Part shown: positions 9,913 to 17,241 of the stretch, in pieces
Position numbering within the stretch: the first letter of the stretch is position 1
Layout: the number at the start of each line of letters is the position of its first letter
Source: Candidatus Arthromitus sp. SFB-mouse-Japan
GTDB taxonomy: Bacteria > Bacillota > Clostridia > Clostridiales > Clostridiaceae
Reading direction: 5' to 3'
Length of the DNA: 32,000 nucleotides
Assembly (NCBI RefSeq): GCF_000270205.1
Contig: NC_015913.1
Location: forward strand, 1,588,006-1,620,005
The notes under the pieces: generated by a model
The model's input: the letters and a program-made list of their open reading frames with translations, nothing else
Databases searched by the model: none
Told to the model about the DNA's origin: nothing
Translations under genes and position numbers: made by a program

Positions 9913-9942
9913 ATTATAATTTAACATTATTTTATTTGTCAA
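9913..9942 (-). promoter_or_regulatory. Candidate sigma-A promoter of the XRE-cupin gene
   Basis: On the minus strand: TTGACA (9942-9937), 18 nt spacer, TATAAT (9918-9913). Both hexamers are consensus. Confidence 0.5.
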
Positions 9943-9965
9943 TTAACATAATTACCTTCTATAAT
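9936..9965 (+). promoter_or_regulatory. Candidate sigma-A promoter of dnaB
   Basis: TTGTCA (9936-9941), 18 nt spacer, TATAAT (9960-9965). The -35 overlaps the -35 of the divergent promoter. The predicted TSS near 9972 argues against the track start at 9971. Confidence 0.5.
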
Positions 9966-10000
9966 ATATAATGAAATATTTTATAGAAGGAACTAATTTT

Positions 10001-11320
10001 ATGGATAATAAGATTTCACCAAATAATATAGAATCAGAACAAACACTATTAGGTGCAATGATAATACATAAAAATACCATTCATGAGATACTAGACAATA
10101 TAAATGTGGATGATTTTTATAAAGATGTGCACAAAAATATTTTTAAAACTATAAAAAAGATGTTTTTAAAAGATATACATGTAGATTTAATTTCTCTTAT
10201 TGAATATTTAAAGAAAGATTCTCTATTAGAATTATCTGGTGGAGCATTATACATAACTGATATATCAAATTCAATAGCCACAATTGCCAATATACAAACA
10301 CATATCAAAATAGTTAAGGATAATTCCATACTTAGAAAACTTATCAAAATTTCTAATGATACTCTCGAACGTATTTATAAAAAAGAGGATCCCAATCTAT
10401 TAATAGAAAATATACAAAAAAGTGTATTTGATCTCTCAATATCAGAAACTAAATCTGATATTGAACCACTTAATAACATATTAGATAGAACAATTAAACA
10501 CATTGAAAATTTATATGTTAATAATTTATCTTTTGTTGGATTATCCACAGGGTTTTATGATTTAGATATAAAATTATCTGGATTACAAAAATCCCAAATG
10601 ATATTAATAGCTGCAAGACCATCTATGGGAAAAACTACTTTTGCTTTAAATATAGCTGAAAATGTAGCAATTAAAGAAAATAAAACTGTACTTATATTTT
10701 CTCTTGAGATGAGTAAGGAACAATTAACTAGTAAATTAATATCATCAATAACAAAAATTAATATACAAAAACTTCAAACGGGAAATTTAGATGATTCTGA
10801 TTTAGATAGATTAGTTAAAGGCACAGAAATTATATCTAAAGCAAAAATATATATCGATGATACCCCTAATATATCAATAACAGAAATGAGATCAAAATGT
10901 AGAAAACTTAAATTTTCTACCAACATAGATTTAATAATTATAGATTATCTTCAACTTATGAGTGGAAATACGAGAAATGAAAACAGACAGCAGGAAGTTT
11001 CAGAAATATCTAGATTCATAAAAGCATTATCGAAAGAAATTAATTGTCCTATAATTGCATTATCCCAGTTATCCCGTGCTCCAGAGCAAAGATCTGATCA
11101 TAGACCAATGTTATCTGATTTGCGTGAATCAGGATCTATTGAACAGGACTCTGATATAGTAATGCTCCTATATAGAGATGAATACTACAATAAAGATACA
11201 GAATATAAAAATATTGCTGAATGTATAATTGCAAAACACAGAAATGGTGAAGTTGGAAACATAAAACTTGCATGGATAGGTCAACATTCAAAATTTGCAA
11301 ATCTAGATAATAAACATTAA
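10001..11320 (+). CDS. dnaB: Replicative DNA helicase (DnaB family; called DnaC in B. subtilis nomenclature)
   Basis: N-terminal PNNIESEQTLLGAMI, Walker A ARPSMGKTTFALN, Walker B LIIIDYLQLM, and SQLSRAPEQRSDHRPMLSDLRESGSIEQDSD. Start moved to ATG 10001 (GAAGGA 10 nt upstream). Confidence 0.95.
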   Translation: MDNKISPNNIESEQTLLGAMIIHKNTIHEILDNINVDDFYKDVHKNIFKTIKKMFLKDIHVDLISLIEYLKKDSLLELSGGALYITDISNSIATIANIQTHIKIVKDNSILRKLIKISNDTLERIYKKEDPNLLIENIQKSVFDLSISETKSDIEPLNNILDRTIKHIENLYVNNLSFVGLSTGFYDLDIKLSGLQKSQMILIAARPSMGKTTFALNIAENVAIKENKTVLIFSLEMSKEQLTSKLISSITKINIQKLQTGNLDDSDLDRLVKGTEIISKAKIYIDDTPNISITEMRSKCRKLKFSTNIDLIIIDYLQLMSGNTRNENRQQEVSEISRFIKALSKEINCPIIALSQLSRAPEQRSDHRPMLSDLRESGSIEQDSDIVMLLYRDEYYNKDTEYKNIAECIIAKHRNGEVGNIKLAWIGQHSKFANLDNKH

Positions 11321-11350
11321 AGGGAGTATTCAAAATTGAATACTCCCTTT
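11319..11350. terminator. Bidirectional intrinsic terminator (dnaB / RlmH-like operon)
   Basis: Perfect 14-bp stem aaagggagtattca / tgaatactcccttt with a 4-nt loop. It overlaps the dnaB stop codon and is flanked by A/T runs. Confidence 0.8.
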
Positions 11351-11383
11351 AATGTTTTTAAAAATATACTTTATCAGTATAAA

Positions 11384-11773
11384 TTACTTATGATATGGTT
11401 CATTATTGATTATTTTATATGATCTATATATTTGCTCCAATACAATTAAAAACAATAAATCTATATCTACATTAAAACATACAAAACAAATATTATGATA
11501 TAAATTAGATGTTCCAAAAACAATATTAATATTTTTTATTCTATCCATACTTTTAAATCTTATAATATTACTAAATTCAATAGAATCCATATACTCTCCA
11601 TCTATTGATATATTAATATTATACGAATCACTCTGATCAAACAATTTACTATTTAAACAATAATAAATATTAATCTTTACAAACTTGTCAATTCTTCTAA
11701 AATAATCCATTATTGCAGGAAATAAATCAGAATTCCTTAAGTCCTTCTTATTTAAAAATAAATTTATCCTCAT
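11384..11773 (-). CDS. RlmH-like SPOUT protein, degenerate copy B (SAM loop and knot loop lost, C-terminal tail conserved)
   Basis: 129 aa. It aligns end to end with RlmH (MRINLFL..., DYFRRIDKFVKINIYYC, INISIDGEYM). GGxxG is replaced by FGTSNL and the (T/L)PH loop is deleted. The C-terminus LEQIYRSYKIINNEPYHK is near consensus. The start overlaps the upstream stop as ATGA. Confidence 0.6.
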   Translation of the reverse strand: MRINLFLNKKDLRNSDLFPAIMDYFRRIDKFVKINIYYCLNSKLFDQSDSYNINISIDGEYMDSIEFSNIIRFKSMDRIKNINIVFGTSNLYHNICFVCFNVDIDLLFLIVLEQIYRSYKIINNEPYHK

Positions 11774-12159
11774 TTATAAAACATCTCATTTATAAATTTC
11801 AATGCAATTAACCTAAATATCTGATGTGGATACGTAAAACTACTTAACCTAATTGTATAATTACACTTAGTCTTTATTTCATTACATACCCCTTCACTAC
11901 CACCAACTATAAAATAGATATTTTTATTAATATTCTTAAGTTTATTAATTTCACCTAAGTCTCTGACACCATTTACATCAAACAATACATATAAACTATC
12001 CTTGTTCTTATTTATTATATTCAATATACTCTTACTCTCTAAGATTCTATCACTTTCTTTTATAGTTATTAAATCAACAGAACCTTTATAATATTTCTCT
12101 GATTTCTTAAAATAATCTTTCAATGTACCAACAGAAATTAAACTTACCTTCCGCAACAT
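11770..12159 (-). CDS. rlmH: RlmH-like SPOUT methyltransferase, copy A (SAM/knot motifs retained, C-terminal tail missing)
   Basis: 129 aa. It retains KVSLISVGTLKDYF, FIVGGSEG and SSFTYPHQIFRL as in 23S rRNA m3Psi1915 methyltransferase. It ends at ...KFINEMFYK without the YR...PYH(K/R) tail. An MBL hydrolase followed by rlmH matches Firmicutes synteny. Confidence 0.7.
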   Translation of the reverse strand: MLRKVSLISVGTLKDYFKKSEKYYKGSVDLITIKESDRILESKSILNIINKNKDSLYVLFDVNGVRDLGEINKLKNINKNIYFIVGGSEGVCNEIKTKCNYTIRLSSFTYPHQIFRLIALKFINEMFYK

Positions 12160-12641
12160 TTCTTATATTTTTTACCACTACCACATAAACACAATTCATT
12201 TCTTCCAATTTTTATACTATTTACTACAACTTTAGATGATCTCCATTTGGTTGTAATTTCTTTAATCTTATCACTAGATAAAATATCCTTCCATTCTTGT
12301 AAATTGAATAAATAATCAGCTTTAGCATCCAACATATTAAAATATAATTTTTCCACATCAATATTAAAATCTATTTCATCATTTAATGTAATATTTTCTA
12401 TATCTACATTCGTATTTAAACTCTCACTTATACCATCAACAAACCCTACTATAAATTCCTCACTTATACCATATTTCTTAGATAATTGACTAATACTAGA
12501 GGTAAATCTAAAACTTTTATTCCCAAGTATATCCTTATAAATTTTTAATTCTACACTTTTATACTCATTCCAAAATACTGCTTCACCTTTTGTCTTAACG
12601 AATTCAGTAACCATATTAGTCCATTTATCATATAAATTCAT
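12144..12641 (-). CDS. SEC-C metal-binding motif protein
   Basis: The C-terminus NELCLCGSGKKYKKCCGR is the SecA-type zinc-binding SEC-C motif. AGAGGTG SD upstream. The 3' end overlaps the next gene by 16 nt. Confidence 0.8.
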   Translation of the reverse strand: MNLYDKWTNMVTEFVKTKGEAVFWNEYKSVELKIYKDILGNKSFRFTSSISQLSKKYGISEEFIVGFVDGISESLNTNVDIENITLNDEIDFNIDVEKLYFNMLDAKADYLFNLQEWKDILSSDKIKEITTKWRSSKVVVNSIKIGRNELCLCGSGKKYKKCCGR

Positions 12642-12664
12642 AAAAACACCTCTTTAAAATATAA

Positions 12665-12823
12665 TTAATCCATTACAATATATTTTGCATACTTATTGCA
12701 ATAATTACAATAATTATTATCCCTATCAAATTCAATATTCGGAACTAATTCATATGTGTTAATAAAATCATCAATAACATAACCTATATGTTCCTCACAT
12801 GAACAATATATATTATCTATCAT
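12665..12823 (-). CDS. Small CxxH/CxxC protein (BA_5709 / YyzF-like family); not in the ORF track
   Basis: I translated it manually as MIDNIYCSCEEHIGYVIDDFINTYELVPNIEFDRDNNYCNYCNKYAKYIVMD* (52 aa). It has an N-terminal CxxH (CEEH) and a C-terminal CxxC (CNYC). It starts 5 nt after the MBL-hydrolase stop, the position this family usually occupies. Confidence 0.7.
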   Translation of the reverse strand: MIDNIYCSCEEHIGYVIDDFINTYELVPNIEFDRDNNYCNYCNKYAKYIVMD

Positions 12824-12828
12824 TATAC

Positions 12829-13608
12829 TCAAAACCTCATATAATTACTTGGTAAACTTCTGTGTGCAATAGTTAACTTCAAATCTTTTCCAATTTTCAT
12901 ACCATGATTTAAAATAATTTTTTCTGAAGTTTTGTATGCAAGTTCAGGAAAATTACTTGTAATACTTAAATGTCCCAAAATAACTCTTTTATAAGATATT
13001 TCTGCTAATTTAACTATCGTTAATGCGCATTCCTCATTTGACAAATGCCCATGATCACTAAGTATTCTTTCTTTTAAAAAATAAGGATAATTACTAAGTC
13101 TAAGCATATCTTCATTATAATTACTCTCAATCAATATCACATCTGAATCTTTTATATTATCAAAAACATCCTTTGACATATAACCAATATCAGTAGCTAT
13201 ACTCAACTTTTTTGTTCCATCTAAAATACTATAGCCAATTGGATCAACAGCATCATGAGGTAATTTAAAGGTTCTAATATCTAAATCACCAATCGAAAAT
13301 TCTTTATTATCTATTATGTTTATTCTTTCTACACCTTTTAATTTATCCTCAATATTTTTAAATGTCAATTCATTTAAATACAATGGAATATCTAAACTTT
13401 TACATACTACACTGGCTCCTTTATAATGATCTAAATGTTCATGCGTTATTAATATACCACTAATTAAATTAGGTTTCACATTAATCATATTAATAGCATT
13501 TAATAATGATTTTTTTGATATTCCTATATCTATTAAAATATTTGTTCTATCACTTCCAACAAAAAAACAATTACCAGAACTACCACTACTTATAGAACAA
13601 AATTTCAT
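12829..13608 (-). CDS. MBL-fold metallo-hydrolase (YycJ/WalJ-like)
   Basis: HxHxDH motif (ILITHEHLDHYKG) plus downstream His/Asp ligands (DHGHLSN). 259 aa. GGGGGT SD. Confidence 0.9.
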   Translation of the reverse strand: MKFCSISSGSSGNCFFVGSDRTNILIDIGISKKSLLNAINMINVKPNLISGILITHEHLDHYKGASVVCKSLDIPLYLNELTFKNIEDKLKGVERINIIDNKEFSIGDLDIRTFKLPHDAVDPIGYSILDGTKKLSIATDIGYMSKDVFDNIKDSDVILIESNYNEDMLRLSNYPYFLKERILSDHGHLSNEECALTIVKLAEISYKRVILGHLSITSNFPELAYKTSEKIILNHGMKIGKDLKLTIAHRSLPSNYMRF

Positions 13609-13624
13609 TTTACCCCCAGATAAA

Positions 13625-14911
13625 TTATATTATATTTTTAAATTCCTTAATATCACTTCTGTATTCTCTATATATATTAGCACCCAATTTCCTAAATTTT
13701 TCTTCTATATGAGGATATCCCCTATCTATATGTTTTATTGAAACTATTTCTGTAGTTCCCTCTGCCACTAATCCAGCTATAATCATAGCAGCCCCAGCTC
13801 TAAGATCTGTAGCTCTAAGCTTACATCCCGTAAGCCTATTTACTCCATTTATAATAGCAGCTCTTCCCTCAATCTTAACATTTACCCCCATTTTCTTTAA
13901 TTCATCAAAATATTTAAATCTATTTTCAAATATACTCTCACTTATAATACTAGTCCCTTCAGAAATACTCATAAGGACACCTATTATTTGTTGTACATCA
14001 GTTGGAAATCCTGGATATGGCGCAGTTTTAATATTTACGCCTTTCAAACGTTCAACACTTTTAACCAAAATACTGTCATCATATTCAAAAATAGTTACGC
14101 CCATTTCTATAAGTTTTGCTGTTATGGACTCTAAATGCTTTGGTATTACATTTTTAATCAATACTTCCCCTGTACAAGCTGCAGTTGCCATCATGTATGT
14201 AGATGCTTCTATTTGATCTGGTATTATTGAATAATTACATCCTAAAAGTCTATTAACACCAGTTATTTTTATAATATCTGTACCTGCACCTTTTATATTT
14301 GCTCCCATTAAATTCAAAAAATTCGCGACATCAACAACATGTGGTTCTTTTGCAACATTTTCAAGAACAGTAACTCCATCTGCAAAACATGCTGCTAACA
14401 TTACATTTATAGTTGCCCCTACACTTACCACATCAAAAAATATATTATTCCCAACCAATTTATCAGTTTCAGCAATCACTGATCCATGTTCAATCCTAAT
14501 ATTAACACCAAGTTTCTCCAACCCTCTTATATGTTGGTCTATAGGACGATCACCTATGCTACAACCTCCTGGTAAATCTACGATTGCTTTCTTAAATCTT
14601 GCTAATAGCGCACCTATTAAATAATAAGAGGCTCTCATATTATGTACATCATCACTATCAGCTCGATAACTTTGTAAATCAGAGTTATCTATTATTAATG
14701 TATTATTTATTTTTCGTACATTAGATCCCAAAGTCCTCAATATTCTCACTAATTTATTTACATCTTCTATATCAGGCATATTATCTATTACACAAATTCC
14801 TTCACTACACATAACTGTAGCTGGTATCACAGCAACTGCTGCATTCTTCGCACCACTAATTTCTATACTTCCATAAAGTGGATTAGATCCATTTATTATA
14901 ATCTTTTCCAT
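13625..14911 (-). CDS. murA: UDP-N-acetylglucosamine 1-carboxyvinyltransferase
   Basis: The N-terminus [26 protein letters not shown] and the active-site loop [14 protein letters not shown] (catalytic Cys present) identify MurA. 428 aa. Confidence 0.95.
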   Translation of the reverse strand: MEKIIINGSNPLYGSIEISGAKNAAVAVIPATVMCSEGICVIDNMPDIEDVNKLVRILRTLGSNVRKINNTLIIDNSDLQSYRADSDDVHNMRASYYLIGALLARFKKAIVDLPGGCSIGDRPIDQHIRGLEKLGVNIRIEHGSVIAETDKLVGNNIFFDVVSVGATINVMLAACFADGVTVLENVAKEPHVVDVANFLNLMGANIKGAGTDIIKITGVNRLLGCNYSIIPDQIEASTYMMATAACTGEVLIKNVIPKHLESITAKLIEMGVTIFEYDDSILVKSVERLKGVNIKTAPYPGFPTDVQQIIGVLMSISEGTSIISESIFENRFKYFDELKKMGVNVKIEGRAAIINGVNRLTGCKLRATDLRAGAAMIIAGLVAEGTTEIVSIKHIDRGYPHIEEKFRKLGANIYREYRSDIKEFKNII

Positions 14912-15000
14912 CTATTCTCCCTACTTTAAATTGAGTTTAAATATAATAAAAATATCTCATAAACAATTCTTATTAAACTTTTTTAAAGTCGCTCCTAAAT

Positions 15001-15029
15001 ATTCTAATTTTATTGGTGTTTTTTGTCAA
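15001..15029 (-). promoter_or_regulatory. Candidate sigma-A promoter of the murA operon
   Basis: On the minus strand: TTGACA (15029-15024), 17 nt spacer, TAGAAT (15006-15001). It lies about 85 nt upstream of the murA ATG. Confidence 0.5.
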
Positions 15030-15105
15030 TATTCTTAACAATCAACCTAATATTTTTCTAAATTTTAGTTATTATTATTTCTTCGTTTAAATAATTTTAT
15101 TCATA

Positions 15106-15160
15106 TCAAAAAATAAAGCATTCCCCACTAACTACAATTAATTATAGTATAGGAATGCTT
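15106..15160 (-). terminator. Candidate intrinsic terminator after the DUF1540 gene
   Basis: 9-bp stem aagcattcc (15116-15124) / ggaatgctt (15152-15160). The large loop can partly pair. On the minus strand it is followed by TATTTTTT. Confidence 0.5.
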
Positions 15161-15165
15161 CATCA

Positions 15166-15324
15166 CTATTTCATAGACTGAAAACTTGCACAATCTGTTG
15201 ACTCTATATTTTTGACTATTGCATCATGTTTAGTTATCTTTATTTTGTCTAAAGTACAGTATTGATTTTTGTCATTAAATTTACATTCTACTACATTACA
15301 CAATATATTGTTATTCTTCAACAT
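15166..15324 (-). CDS. DUF1540 domain small Cys-rich protein; not in the ORF track
   Basis: I translated it manually as MLKNNNILCNVVECKFNDKNQYCTLDKIKITKHDAIVKNIESTDCASFQSMK* (52 aa). It has the 4-Cys pattern C-x4-C-x8-C...T-x-C-x-F typical of DUF1540. AGAGGT SD lies 7 nt upstream. It is antisense to the spurious track ORF 15262-15453. Confidence 0.7.
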   Translation of the reverse strand: MLKNNNILCNVVECKFNDKNQYCTLDKIKITKHDAIVKNIESTDCASFQSMK

Positions 15325-15454
15325 TTTTTTACCTCTATCTTAAAACAAACTCACTATTTTATTATTAATTCTTATTATTTTTTTATTCTATATTATGTTA
15401 TAATCCTATTATTACATTTAGAGGAGGATTTTAGGTTCATATACCTATATTAAT

Positions 15455-15955
15455 ATGAAATATATTATTAAGTGTGGACTTACAGATAATTCTATAAAAG
15501 ACTTAAAATATTTTGAACATAAAATTTCAAAAAAATATAATCAAATAAAAAATAAAAATATATTTTACGTACCATTAATTAGCTTTAATTACAATGATTA
15601 TATTAAATTCAATCCACAGTTATTAAAAAAACTACAAAAATTTCAAACATTCAGAATTAATGTATCTGATATTAAATTTCAAAATAAAATAGTTTATTTA
15701 CTTATAAAACCTCTTGGTTTCATATCATCAATACAGAGGTTGTTAGAAGAATATTTTATAACCAATAATATTAAGTATAGTAAACTGAATAAATGGGATT
15801 ATTTATTCATAGAATATACAACTATCAACAAACTGAATATAAATATAGATGATTTATTTTTCCCATCATATATAAAGATTTCATCAATAAATATATTTAG
15901 AGAAAATAGCAAAAAAAATACTCCAATAGAATCCATAAATTTAAAAAATATATAA
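15455..15955 (+). CDS. Hypothetical protein (166 aa); weak pattern resemblance to a catalytically dead 2H phosphoesterase/LigT fold
   Basis: A long ORF in a stop-rich AT genome. No signal peptide or TM segment. Strand-turn elements FYVPLISF (about residues 37-44) and DYLFIEYT (about 115-122) sit where the two HxT/S motifs of 2H enzymes lie, but both His are absent. The nearest GGAGGA is 27 nt upstream, so the SD is poor. Confidence 0.55.
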   Translation: MKYIIKCGLTDNSIKDLKYFEHKISKKYNQIKNKNIFYVPLISFNYNDYIKFNPQLLKKLQKFQTFRINVSDIKFQNKIVYLLIKPLGFISSIQRLLEEYFITNNIKYSKLNKWDYLFIEYTTINKLNINIDDLFFPSYIKISSINIFRENSKKNTPIESINLKNI

Positions 15956-16018
15956 AAAAATCACCTTAATTAATCAATATAATAAACTAAATTATATATT
16001 AATTTTAAGGTGATTTTT
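15956..16018 (+). promoter_or_regulatory. Hairpin that sequesters the S8 protease SD (also terminator-like)
   Basis: Perfect 14-bp stem aaaaatcaccttaa (15956-15969) / ttaaggtgattttt (16005-16018). The loop is a 35-nt AU-rich stretch, with 5 further bp possible after a 2-nt bulge. The 3' arm contains AAGGTGA and ends immediately before ATG 16019. The 5' arm starts 1 nt after the upstream stop codon. Confidence 0.45.
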
Positions 16019-17209
16019 ATGATTACTATTAAAAATAAAATACACACTAATCTTTTAAATATATTTAACAAACGTACACTTACTAATTACAGAATAATAT
16101 TAGAACTAAACAATAGCTCTCCAAAAATAATAAAAAAAATCCAAGACAATCAAAATTGTACTCTAATACACCATATGTGCGATTTAAATATCATATGTTG
16201 TATAGTATCTCATAAATTATTAAACATGTTAATAAATTCCCCTGAAGTTAAATACATTTCTTTTGACTCTGAAGTTTTCTTATGTGGAAACAAATTATAT
16301 TCAGAAATTGAAAAACCCAATTATAAAACTATGCCATATAACACTAACTTAACTGGTAAAAACATACGCATAGGTATAATAGATTCAGGAATTTATCCAT
16401 TAAATATTTTTATTAAACCAAAAAATAGAATAGTATTATTTAAAGATTTTATAAACAACATTTCATATCCATATGATGATAATGGACATGGTACAGCTAT
16501 GTGTAATATAATAGGTGGAAACTTCATATATAAAAACACCGTACTTAAAAATTCCTCAGAATGCGACTTTTGTGTAATCAAAACATTTGATAAATACAAT
16601 AAATCGTATTGCTCATTGATTTTTAAAGCTATTGATTTAATATATGAAATTTCTGCTAAATTTAATATTCAAATATTATACCTTCCATTTGAACTTCATG
16701 AATTTAATAAATTTATACTAGATATATTCCAAATTTTAATAGATAAAATATCCAAATCTAATATTATTGTATTAGTACCATCAGGAAATAATTCAACTAA
16801 TTACTGTTCACTAAAAGGTCTATCATTACTTGATAATTGCCTTGTAGTAGGAGGTATTAACTTCAAAGATTCATCAAAAGGTATTTATAGTAATAAATTT
16901 ATTAAACCTAATATAGTATCTATTTACGAAAATATCTATTTGCAAAATATAAATACCAAGTATGTTCCAGAAAAAAATAATCAATATATATATCCAACTA
17001 AACCCAATAATTCATTAATTGAGTATTTTGGTACCTCCTGTTCATGTGCTTATGTATGTGCTTTGATAACATTACTTAAACAAAAAAACATATCAGTAAA
17101 TATAAATGATGTTATGTCTTTACTAAAAATAAGTTGTAATAAAACTAACAATTTAGATGATTCTATACAAGGATTAGGTACAATCAACTTAACCCAATTA
17201 TTAGAATAA
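16019..17209 (+). CDS. S8 (subtilisin-like) serine peptidase with an I9-like N-terminal pro-region and no signal peptide
   Basis: Catalytic Asp (IGIIDSGI), His (DNGHGTAMCNIIGG), oxyanion Asn (VPSGNNS) and Ser (GTSCSCAYVCA) are all present. I prefer ATG 16019 (AAGGTGA 6 nt upstream) over the track GTG at 16010. Confidence 0.85.
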   Translation: MITIKNKIHTNLLNIFNKRTLTNYRIILELNNSSPKIIKKIQDNQNCTLIHHMCDLNIICCIVSHKLLNMLINSPEVKYISFDSEVFLCGNKLYSEIEKPNYKTMPYNTNLTGKNIRIGIIDSGIYPLNIFIKPKNRIVLFKDFINNISYPYDDNGHGTAMCNIIGGNFIYKNTVLKNSSECDFCVIKTFDKYNKSYCSLIFKAIDLIYEISAKFNIQILYLPFELHEFNKFILDIFQILIDKISKSNIIVLVPSGNNSTNYCSLKGLSLLDNCLVVGGINFKDSSKGIYSNKFIKPNIVSIYENIYLQNINTKYVPEKNNQYIYPTKPNNSLIEYFGTSCSCAYVCALITLLKQKNISVNINDVMSLLKISCNKTNNLDDSIQGLGTINLTQLLE

Positions 17210-17241
17210 ATAAACAATATTAATATTGTTTATTTATTCTA
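17202..17241. terminator. 40-nt perfect palindrome, a bidirectional terminator candidate between the S8 and M23 genes
   Basis: tagaataaataaacaatatt / aatattgtttatttattcta match 20 of 20 positions. The palindrome contains both stop codons (TAA 17207-17209, TAG complement 17239-17241). It is very AT-rich, so the stem is weak. Confidence 0.55.

Noticed and set aside
11384-12159. Interpretation of the two 129-aa ORFs as a single frameshifted rlmH pseudogene.
   Set aside because: Each ORF independently aligns from the RlmH N-terminal strand to the C-terminal helix region. Their combined length (258 aa) far exceeds one RlmH (~155-160 aa). The junction is a clean ATGA coupling overlap.
14933-14956. 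7-codon mini-ORF (ATGAGATATTTTTATTATATTTAA, minus strand, approximate coordinates) in the murA 5' leader, as a possible leader peptide.
   Set aside because: It has no SD and no associated alternative hairpins. Such mini-ORFs occur at random in AT-rich leaders.
15262-15453. 63-aa plus-strand ORF (MIFVIKFTFYYITQY...) in the murA / 166-aa-ORF intergenic region.
   Set aside because: The translation is low-complexity Ile/Tyr/Phe-rich. It has no SD, and it overlaps the DUF1540 gene and its SD on the opposite strand. The minus-strand reading has a clear family signature.
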